A stretch of DNA of 64,000 nucleotides from Candidatus Peregrinibacteria bacterium (GTDB lineage Bacteria > Patescibacteriota > Gracilibacteria > UBA1369 > GCA-2718715). The translations under genes were made by a program, and so were the position numbers. This document shows, piece by piece, positions 57,081-64,000 of this stretch (position 1 is its first letter; each line of letters begins with the position of its first letter). Where the stretch lies: assembly GCA_014240275.1 (NCBI GenBank), contig JAAZXH010000006.1, forward strand, positions 12,749 through 76,748, read 5' to 3'. The notes beneath the pieces are model-generated. The model saw only the letters and a list, made by a program, of their open reading frames with translations, was not told where the DNA came from and searched no databases.

Positions 57081-57155
57081 TAACCTAATTCAAAAGAATT
57101 GCTAAACAGCCAAGCCATTGTTGCTTATAAACCATTCTGGCAGTGTCTCAAAGAA

Positions 57156-58007
57156 CTAAATTTGAATCCCCTGGGCTCTGGCCACAGCCAGGGAGGCGCG
57201 CAAAAGGCCCTCGACTGAGCCGGCGTCAAAGCGTTCGCCTTGAATCTGCTTACCATAAACTTGCTGGCCTCGGGAGATTGCTTCCATCAAAACATTGGCC
57301 AGGCGCAACTCGCCGTTTTGAAAATTGTGCAAGGCAGACATTTCATCCAACAAACCTGGGATCTGGGGACTCAAAACATACTTGCCTATCACTCCAAAAT
57401 TAGAAGGAGCCAGACTCGGTTCAGCAGGCTTTTCGACTAGGCCTTTTAAAGGAGCATAATGCTGTTTGGGATCAAAGGGCTGGGCCAAATCAACCACGCC
57501 GTACTGACCCAACATATCCTGACTAAGCTCTGTAAGAGCGATTACCGAACCCTGAGTCTGCTCATAAACCTCCAGCAACTGGCTCAAGGCCGGAGTGTCT
57601 GAAAAAACTAAGTCATCTCCAAACAACACAGCCACCGGCTCGTTTTGCACCAAGTGCATGGCCTGCAAAATGGCATCGCCACAACCGCGAGGCACAGGCT
57701 GACGGACATAAGTAAATTTCGCCAATTTGGAAATGGCCTGGACTTCCTTTAAAAGCTCATGCTTGCCCTTTTCGACTAAATTATGTTCTAACTCAAAGGA
57801 ATGATCAAAATAATCCTCGATAGCGCGCTTGCCACGGCCAGTGACTATAATGATTTCTTCTATTCCGGAGGCTACCGCCTCCTCCACCAAATAATGAATC
57901 ACCGGCTTGTTTAAAACTGGCAACATTTCTTTAGGCTGAGTTTTAGTAACCGGCAGAAAGCGGGTTCCATAACCCGCCACCGGCATAATAGCTTTTTTTA
58001 CTTTCAC
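57156..58007 (-). CDS. galU: UTP--glucose-1-phosphate uridylyltransferase
   Basis: KAIMPVAGYGTRFLPVTKTQPKEMLPV, plus VLFGDD and later family motifs. Confidence 0.93.
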   Translation of the reverse strand: MKVKKAIMPVAGYGTRFLPVTKTQPKEMLPVLNKPVIHYLVEEAVASGIEEIIIVTGRGKRAIEDYFDHSFELEHNLVEKGKHELLKEVQAISKLAKFTYVRQPVPRGCGDAILQAMHLVQNEPVAVLFGDDLVFSDTPALSQLLEVYEQTQGSVIALTELSQDMLGQYGVVDLAQPFDPKQHYAPLKGLVEKPAEPSLAPSNFGVIGKYVLSPQIPGLLDEMSALHNFQNGELRLANVLMEAISRGQQVYGKQIQGERFDAGSVEGLLRASLAVARAQGIQI

Positions 58008-58399
58008 ATTTTCAAATTAAGTTTTGCAATTTCTATTCGCAAGACCCCTTGATACAACTGGGCATGCATAGAATCGTAATCCAGATCTACTGGTAACAGC
58101 ACTTCACGGCTCAATTTACCGTAAAAGCACTCCGAAATCAAATAATCTTCCTCTTCAAAGTCATCCGAAGGCCTGCGAACGGCCTCTACGTGCAAAACTC
58201 CATCTGCTGTAACTCGAACAGACAAATCCTGCACGGCGACTCCCGCCAAAAAACCTTGAATTATTACTTTGGATGGAAAGTCCACTACATCTAACATCAT
58301 TTCACCCACGTTCAACATAAAATGCGCACCGCTTGAGCTTGCTGATTTTATATCAGATGAAAGCTCCAGGTCCCCGAACTGTTTACGAGTTTCGTTCAT
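58004..58399 (-). CDS. Small heat-shock protein (Hsp20/alpha-crystallin)
   Basis: Alpha-crystallin domain ending in GVLRIEIAK. It overlaps the galU start by 4 nt. Confidence 0.8.
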   Translation of the reverse strand: MNETRKQFGDLELSSDIKSASSSGAHFMLNVGEMMLDVVDFPSKVIIQGFLAGVAVQDLSVRVTADGVLHVEAVRRPSDDFEEEDYLISECFYGKLSREVLLPVDLDYDSMHAQLYQGVLRIEIAKLNLKM

Positions 58400-58401
58400 A
58401 A

Positions 58402-60219
58402 TTATTTAGATTTCTTAAAATAAGGTAAAAATTCATCCCGCGAAATATTTTCTTTCTCCAACAAGTCTTTCGAAATTTTTGTAATCAGAGCCTTATGCTT
58501 AGTGACAATATCCGTTGCAACTTTATGAGCAGAGTGAATAATTCCTATAACTTTTTGGTCAATTTCGTAAGCTGTTTTTTCAGAATAATTTTTAACATGA
58601 CCGTAGTCACGACCTAAAAAGACTTCATTTTTATCTTCACCGTAAGCCACTGGGCCAAGCTCTGTCATACCAAAACGTGTCACCATGCTACGAGCCATTT
58701 TAGAAGCGCGCTCTAAGTCAGAAGATGGCCCGGTAGTGACCTCTCCAAAAAAGATTTCTTCAGCCACATAACCACCAAGCATGGCAGCTAAGTCGTCTTT
58801 ATATTTCGAAACTGAGTACAAATGCTTGTCTTCTTCTGGCAAATACCAAGTTACACCCAAAGCTTGCCCACGCGAAATTATCGAAATTTTATGTACTGGG
58901 TCACAATTTTCTAGCAAATGCCCAACCACCGCGTGCCCAACTTCGTGGAAAGCTGTGATTTTGCGTTCTTTTTCGCTCAAAATTCGAGATTTCTTTTCTG
59001 GCCCCAAAGCCACCTTTTCAACCGATCTTTCTAAATGCGACTGATTAATAGTTTTCTTACCTTCGCGAGCCGCCAAAATTGCCGCTTCGTTGACCAGATT
59101 TTCCAAATCAGCACCGGTAAACCCTGGAGTTTGGCGGGCAATTTTTAATAAATCCACAGTCTTTGCCAAAGGTTTTTTCCGGACGTGCACGGCTAAAATG
59201 GAATCCCTATCTTTAATATCTGGGCGATCTACAACTACCCTTCTATCAAAACGACCAGGACGCAAAAGCGCAGGATCAAGCACATCTGGGCGGTTAGTTG
59301 CAGCCACTACTATCACCTTAGAATCAACTTCGAAACCATCCATTTCGGTTAAAATTTGGTTTAAGGTTTGCTCTCTTTCATCGTGACCACCACCTAAACC
59401 CGTACCTCTTTGGCGCCCAACTGCATCAATTTCATCAATAAATACTATACAAGGAGCACAGGCCTTAGCTTTTACAAACATATCACGAACCCTAGATGCA
59501 CCAACCCCTACAAACATTTCTACAAATTCGGAACCAGAAATTGAAAAGAACGGAACTTCAGCCTCTCCAGCCACCGCTCGAGCTAGCAAAGTTTTACCTG
59601 TACCTGGAGGGCCTACCAAAAGCACTCCTCTTGGAATTTTAGCACCCAGGCGAGTGAACTTTTCTGGCTCCTTTAAGAATTCTACAATTTCTTCTAATTC
59701 TTCTTTTGACTCCACCGCACCGGCTACATCTTTAAAAGTCGTTTTTCGCTTAGACCTATCATAAAGTTTTGCACGAGTTTTTCCAAAACTCATGGCCTGT
59801 GAATTTTGACTAGAAGCCGACTTAAACATAAAAATAAAAAAGGCAATAATTAAAATCACTGGTAAAAAACTCAAAAGTACGTCCCACCAAATTGCATTGT
59901 CTTGCTTTACATTTACATTTAAAAGCTCATACTCTTCGAGAGCTAAGGTTTCTTTCAAAGCCGCTCCTGGCTCTCGCAGAGCGTACTTTGGCTGAGCCTG
60001 TAAGTCTAAGTAACTCACCTTAGTGCCTTCTAAATTAATTTTAAAATTATCGATATTTTTAGCACGAATATCTTCTCGAAATTCCGAAAAGGTAACTTTT
60101 TCTGGAGTTTTATAAGCTCCATTTTGAGTATAAACATTATAACTAATTGCTAATGCTAAAATCAGCAATATCCAAATACTGGAGCGCTTTCTTGGCATCT
60201 GCTTAAGTGTTTTTTTCAT
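58402..60219 (-). CDS. ftsH: ATP-dependent zinc metalloprotease FtsH
   Basis: Two TM segments, AAA+ motifs ([27 protein letters not shown]), SRH, and the protease HEVGHA. Confidence 0.97.
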   Translation of the reverse strand: MKKTLKQMPRKRSSIWILLILALAISYNVYTQNGAYKTPEKVTFSEFREDIRAKNIDNFKINLEGTKVSYLDLQAQPKYALREPGAALKETLALEEYELLNVNVKQDNAIWWDVLLSFLPVILIIAFFIFMFKSASSQNSQAMSFGKTRAKLYDRSKRKTTFKDVAGAVESKEELEEIVEFLKEPEKFTRLGAKIPRGVLLVGPPGTGKTLLARAVAGEAEVPFFSISGSEFVEMFVGVGASRVRDMFVKAKACAPCIVFIDEIDAVGRQRGTGLGGGHDEREQTLNQILTEMDGFEVDSKVIVVAATNRPDVLDPALLRPGRFDRRVVVDRPDIKDRDSILAVHVRKKPLAKTVDLLKIARQTPGFTGADLENLVNEAAILAAREGKKTINQSHLERSVEKVALGPEKKSRILSEKERKITAFHEVGHAVVGHLLENCDPVHKISIISRGQALGVTWYLPEEDKHLYSVSKYKDDLAAMLGGYVAEEIFFGEVTTGPSSDLERASKMARSMVTRFGMTELGPVAYGEDKNEVFLGRDYGHVKNYSEKTAYEIDQKVIGIIHSAHKVATDIVTKHKALITKISKDLLEKENISRDEFLPYFKKSK

Positions 60220-60251
60220 CTATCTAGATTTAATTTCTTACACGCAACATT

Positions 60252-61292
60252 TTACCAAAGTTCCTTGAACTTTCCAAGCCCTTTATCACGGATTTTTAAA
60301 ATATTAAATTCATAATTAGGACCCAAAAGATAAAATGGAATTTTGGCTCTTTGATTATAAGCTTTCGGCTGTTTATCTGAGGCGAGCGCAAACTCCCCTT
60401 GCAAATGACTCCAAATCGCTTGCAAACTAAAGCTACTGACCAAAAAATGATCCGCCGCTACATATAAAAACTTCCCCTTATTTTGAAATTGCTTAGAAGC
60501 AGGACCTTCACACAAATCTAAAAGCGCATTTAATTTTTGAGCAGACAAAGGGCCAATCAAATCCTTCAAAATTACTTTGCGCTCGTAAACATGCAAGGCT
60601 TTAAAGAGCTTTTTATCAACCTTATTTCCCCAAAAAGTTTCAACCAATGAATTTTCCAAGAGTTTAGCGTCATGTAATTTTAAGAAATCTAAAATTTCAG
60701 CTAAATTTTTTAATGTTCTTAAAAAACCGGTTCGAAAATTTGGTAAATATTTATAAACATTTGGTAAAACTTTAGCTCTTAACAAATTACGAGTAAAATC
60801 CAAATTTAAATTGGAAGGATCCTCAAAATAACGTAAACCATGAACTTTGGCATATTCGTAAATATGAGCCTTTACATAAGACAACAAAGGTCGCACTATT
60901 TCCCGACTAGAAGCCATATTGACTAAACCTTGCAAGGAGGTTCCAGTAGCCAACTTCATAACGCTAGTTTCTAATAAGTCATCGGCATGGTGAGCAGTAA
61001 CTACCACAAAACCCTGAGCTTGAAATTCCGCAAAAGCCTTTCTGCGAAACTCTCGCCATACGGCTTCTTTATTAGCTTTTGGAGCTTGTTCTAACTTCCG
61101 CAAGTGTAACTTAATGGGCAAACTTTTAAGGTGCTCAATTATCAAATCGGCCTCTTGTAAAGTTCCATGGTCTACATTTAAAACCTCAAATTTATAATTT
61201 GACCTTAAAAACAAATCTAGAAGCACCATAGAATCCACTCCTCCAGAAACTGCCAACAAGTATTTCCCCTCTTGATTTAAATTAAGCTTCAT
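60252..61292 (-). CDS. tilS: tRNA(Ile)-lysidine synthase
   Basis: PP-loop LLAVSGGVDSMVL, HHADD, in the canonical position next to ftsH. Confidence 0.88.
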   Translation of the reverse strand: MKLNLNQEGKYLLAVSGGVDSMVLLDLFLRSNYKFEVLNVDHGTLQEADLIIEHLKSLPIKLHLRKLEQAPKANKEAVWREFRRKAFAEFQAQGFVVVTAHHADDLLETSVMKLATGTSLQGLVNMASSREIVRPLLSYVKAHIYEYAKVHGLRYFEDPSNLNLDFTRNLLRAKVLPNVYKYLPNFRTGFLRTLKNLAEILDFLKLHDAKLLENSLVETFWGNKVDKKLFKALHVYERKVILKDLIGPLSAQKLNALLDLCEGPASKQFQNKGKFLYVAADHFLVSSFSLQAIWSHLQGEFALASDKQPKAYNQRAKIPFYLLGPNYEFNILKIRDKGLGKFKELW

Positions 61293-61596
61293 AATAAGGG
61301 TTTAATTTTTCCATTACCTGCATGTTATCGTCTAGCAACATCATATTCCAATGTTTATAAGAGCATTTTTGACACTTATATAAGATTTTATAATCGGTTT
61401 TACCTCCGACCTTAAATGCAATCGGCTTCATCAAACCCCCACAATCGGAGGCTCTATCACCGGGGTGCACATCCAAATGTAAAGAGTGCAAACAATCAGA
61501 ACAATGGTCGCGAATATAACGCTTGGCAGGTTCATTCAAAGCCCCACAATGCTGACACTTAAAACTCTCATTTTTATAGGTAAATTTTTTATTCAT
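61282..61596 (-). CDS. RNHCP-domain-like zinc-ribbon protein
   Basis: 104 aa with CQHC...RDHCSDCLHSLHLD...CGG...CQKC cysteine pairs, resembling the RNHCP family. It overlaps the tilS start. Confidence 0.55.
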   Translation of the reverse strand: MNKKFTYKNESFKCQHCGALNEPAKRYIRDHCSDCLHSLHLDVHPGDRASDCGGLMKPIAFKVGGKTDYKILYKCQKCSYKHWNMMLLDDNMQVMEKLNPYYEA

Positions 61597-61656
61597 ACAG
61601 CTGATTTTTATTTAAACTTAGCTAATTTTAGGCATAAAGTCAATTTAAAGCCAAGC

Positions 61657-61685
61657 TTGATAATTTTAACAAAAACCTGTATAAT
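61657..61685 (+). promoter_or_regulatory. Putative sigma-70 promoter of the pilus operon
   Basis: TTGATA-17 nt-TATAAT, 21 nt upstream of the ATG at 61707. Confidence 0.5.
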
Positions 61686-61706
61686 AAATAGATAACCCAA
61701 AAAACA

Positions 61707-62333
61707 ATGAACAAACCGAATTTTCAAGAAAATCAAGGCAGCAAACCCATAGATATTTTAATGATTGTTTTATTAATTTTCACAATTGGATTTGGAGCCT
61801 TTAGTAAATTTCAAATTCAACAGACCAAAAAAGCTAACCAAAACATTCAAAACCGACTCAATATATTACAAAGCGCGCTTGATCCAGACCAAATGCAAAG
61901 CGTAAAGCTTCAAACCAAAAAAGCTTTTTATGATCAAAAACAAAACAACAAAATCTTTTACACTAATTTTATTGCACGGATCTTTCAAATTAACCAAAAA
62001 GCACTTAAATCAGCATCGCTGAGAGAGCAAGACAGCTTTAGCGCTAATTACCAAACCGATCAAAAAAGCCTCAACCCTCTTTTAGATAGCACAGTAGTTA
62101 TTAAAAGCTTTTCAGATTCCAAAAATTTCAAACAAACCTTTACTCCATCCATTAGCTTAGCAAAAAACATCTTCGATAAATTACAAACTAATTTTTCGGT
62201 ACAAGGCGATTACGAAGCCGATCTCAACGAAGAAATTTTTGCCACGGGTCAAAGAGCCAAAAGCCAAAAACAAGATCAAATTGAAAAAATTAAAGCCCAA
62301 TTAAAAGCTAATCCAGATCAAAATGAACGTTAA
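61707..62333 (+). CDS. Bitopic membrane protein, possibly PilN-like pilus assembly component
   Basis: Short cytoplasmic N-terminus, one TM, a Gln/Lys-rich periplasmic part, and first position in an operon with pilO-like and pilC genes. The assignment rests mainly on context. Confidence 0.35.
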   Translation: MNKPNFQENQGSKPIDILMIVLLIFTIGFGAFSKFQIQQTKKANQNIQNRLNILQSALDPDQMQSVKLQTKKAFYDQKQNNKIFYTNFIARIFQINQKALKSASLREQDSFSANYQTDQKSLNPLLDSTVVIKSFSDSKNFKQTFTPSISLAKNIFDKLQTNFSVQGDYEADLNEEIFATGQRAKSQKQDQIEKIKAQLKANPDQNER

Positions 62334-62838
62334 AAAATACCAAGCAGCCATTTTAGCTCTTTTAATTATAGTAGTTTATAATGCCTGGGTCAGCCCAGCC
62401 CGAAGCGAATTGGCAAACCAAAAAGAACAACTCGCAAATACTCAAAATCAGCTAGAAGAACTAAACCTGGTCGACATCGACTCCAGCCAAACTCAACTAA
62501 GCAGTCTCGACAAAGAAATACTAGACAAAGCTATTCCTAAAAACCACAACCAAGACCAGCTCATCGTGCAACTACAAGAACTCATGGACAAACACCAAGT
62601 GTTTAACAATGGAGGCTTTAGTTTCCAACAGTCTGCGGCTGATACCAAAAATCAGATCAAAATGATGCAATTTAGCTTCAGCGGATCCATCGGACTCGAT
62701 CGTTTACAAAACTTTGTAAAAGACCTCGAAACCCATGACCGCTTCTTTGATATTCAATCTATGAATTTCAGCATTGAAAGCATCGAAGACAAATCCGTAG
62801 CCAACTTCAACCTCAGCCTTCAAGTTTACTTTAGTTAA
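62323..62838 (+). CDS. PilO-like pilus assembly protein
   Basis: N-terminal TM, a coiled coil (ELANQKEQLANTQNQLEELN), then an ~90-aa globular domain. It sits directly upstream of pilC. Confidence 0.45.
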   Translation: MNVKKYQAAILALLIIVVYNAWVSPARSELANQKEQLANTQNQLEELNLVDIDSSQTQLSSLDKEILDKAIPKNHNQDQLIVQLQELMDKHQVFNNGGFSFQQSAADTKNQIKMMQFSFSGSIGLDRLQNFVKDLETHDRFFDIQSMNFSIESIEDKSVANFNLSLQVYFS

Positions 62839-62844
62839 AAATTT

Positions 62845-63927
62845 ATGAATCTTTTCAATCGCCTCAACAACTACCTCATCCAACACACTAAGGTCAAACT
62901 TAAAGACAAAGCCGATTTTTTTGGACTATTTGCAACCTTACAAAGTGCTGGGATTTCCACCATCAAAGCTCTAGACATTTTAAGTCGGGCCAGTCAAAAC
63001 CCAAAACTCAAACTAATCATCGCCCAAACCAAAGACGATGTTCAAAAAGGTCAAAACCTTTCGCAAAGCTTACAGAAACATCCAGATGTATTTAACAAAA
63101 CCGAAATCGGAGTCATCATCGCCGGTGAATCGATCGGACAGCTCGACAAAATGCTCCTAAAACTTAAACAAAAACTCAAACGTGATCTAATTTTACAAAA
63201 AGAAGTCAAAAGCGCAACCACCTACCCTATAGTAGTTTTATTAATCCTAGCTTTAGCTGGTGTAATAATGTTTGGTTTCGTAATTCCACAACTAGCTAGC
63301 ATGTTCGCCGAAAACGACATTCAGCTTCCCCGCCTAACCCGCATACTCATGGGAGTTTCTGACTTTTTGGTAGCTCAATGGTCAATTGTTTTAGCCAGCC
63401 TGGTACTAGTCGGGCTACTGGTTCAAAGCTATTTTGACAGCCCAAACGGACGCATCAAAAAAGATTACCTACTACTTAAAACACCAATTTTAGGAAAATT
63501 TTTAAGACTCTACTACCAAATTCGTTTTTTTGATACCCTTGGCAACCTTACAGAAGCCGGCGTGCCACTTGAAAAAGCCTTCGACATTATTTCAGAGGTC
63601 GTAGACAACAAAATCTACCAAATGCAAATTGTAGCCACCCAAGCCGAAGTTAAAAAAGGGAACAGTATTTCTGAAAGCCTGCTAAGCGCCCAATTCTTAT
63701 TCGAAGAAACCGCCTCCGAAATGCTAGCCGTAGGTGAAAAAACTGCCAACATCTCTGAAATGTCACAGGAAGTGGCCCAAACCCAAACCCACGAACTTTC
63801 ATACCGTCTACAAAACCTAACCACCATTATAGGACCCGTCGTAATTGTTGCAGTCGGTGTAATGGTAGCCATCTTTGCCCTGGCAATTTTAAGCCCAGTA
63901 TTCTCCCTTTCGCAAGGTGTCGTTTAA
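62845..63927 (+). CDS. pilC: Type IV pilus platform protein PilC (GspF family)
   Basis: Two GspF-type repeats (VQKGQNLSQSLQKHPDVFNKTEIGVIIAGESIGQLDKML and VKKGNSISESLLSAQFLFEETASEMLAVGEKTANISEM) and three TM segments. Confidence 0.88.
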   Translation: MNLFNRLNNYLIQHTKVKLKDKADFFGLFATLQSAGISTIKALDILSRASQNPKLKLIIAQTKDDVQKGQNLSQSLQKHPDVFNKTEIGVIIAGESIGQLDKMLLKLKQKLKRDLILQKEVKSATTYPIVVLLILALAGVIMFGFVIPQLASMFAENDIQLPRLTRILMGVSDFLVAQWSIVLASLVLVGLLVQSYFDSPNGRIKKDYLLLKTPILGKFLRLYYQIRFFDTLGNLTEAGVPLEKAFDIISEVVDNKIYQMQIVATQAEVKKGNSISESLLSAQFLFEETASEMLAVGEKTANISEMSQEVAQTQTHELSYRLQNLTTIIGPVVIVAVGVMVAIFALAILSPVFSLSQGVV

Positions 63928-63940
63928 TAATTTAAAGCTT

Positions 63941-64000
63941 ATGAAAGCCTTTACCCTCATTGAAATCATCGTTGTTATTTCTATCATGGGCTTTTTAGCA
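63941..64000 (+). CDS. Prepilin-type (type IV pilin/pseudopilin) protein, 5' fragment running off the right edge
   Basis: MKAFTLIEIIVVISIMGFLA: a short basic leader, FTLIE with Glu at +5, and a hydrophobic helix, which together form the class III signal peptide. Position -1 is Ala rather than the usual Gly. Confidence 0.8.
   Translation, partial: MKAFTLIEIIVVISIMGFLA

Noticed and set aside
57143-57440. Plus-strand ORFs (86 and 66 aa) overlapping galU
   Set aside because: They are shadow ORFs produced by the locally high GC content. galU on the minus strand is complete and has conserved motifs.

Overview
AT-rich (roughly mid-30s % GC by eye), very gene-dense bacterial chromosome segment. It reads cleanly in the standard bacterial code; TGA acts as a stop at two ATGA gene junctions. 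About 50 protein genes are supportable. Housekeeping genes: dnaA, rseP, frr, pyrH, groES/groEL with a CIRCE operator, an rny homologue, guaB, polX, pgk, glyQS, trxB, dus, secA, ftsH, tilS, galU and hsp20. There is also a Mn/Zn-type ABC importer with a divergent MntR-like repressor, VIT1 and CaCA transporters, and one clear ncRNA (type-A RNase P RNA, minus strand, 49261-49599). I saw no tRNA, rRNA, CRISPR array, transposase or integrase. The remaining ORFs are lineage-specific. They include surface proteins (SLH+CAP, lamin-tail-domain, thrombospondin-type-3, a cupredoxin lipoprotein), type IV pilus genes (pilT; a pilN/O-like, pilC, prepilin operon at the right edge) and an orphan VirD4/TraG-like ATPase. 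There is also a tandem pair of paralogous membrane proteins carrying a 42-bp repeat array, and a five-gene block (50.4-57.0 kb) of unrecognisable proteins. The gene content suggests a reduced-genome, Gram-positive-type organism such as a Candidate Phyla Radiation/Patescibacteria member; this is inference only. The best candidates for something undescribed are the 50.4-57.0 kb block, the 20.9-24.5 kb paralog pair, and the VirD4-like ATPase with its unknown upstream partner. An RNase Y homologue with every conserved HD-domain His/Asp substituted is also notable. All homology calls come from motif recognition by eye, with no database search.
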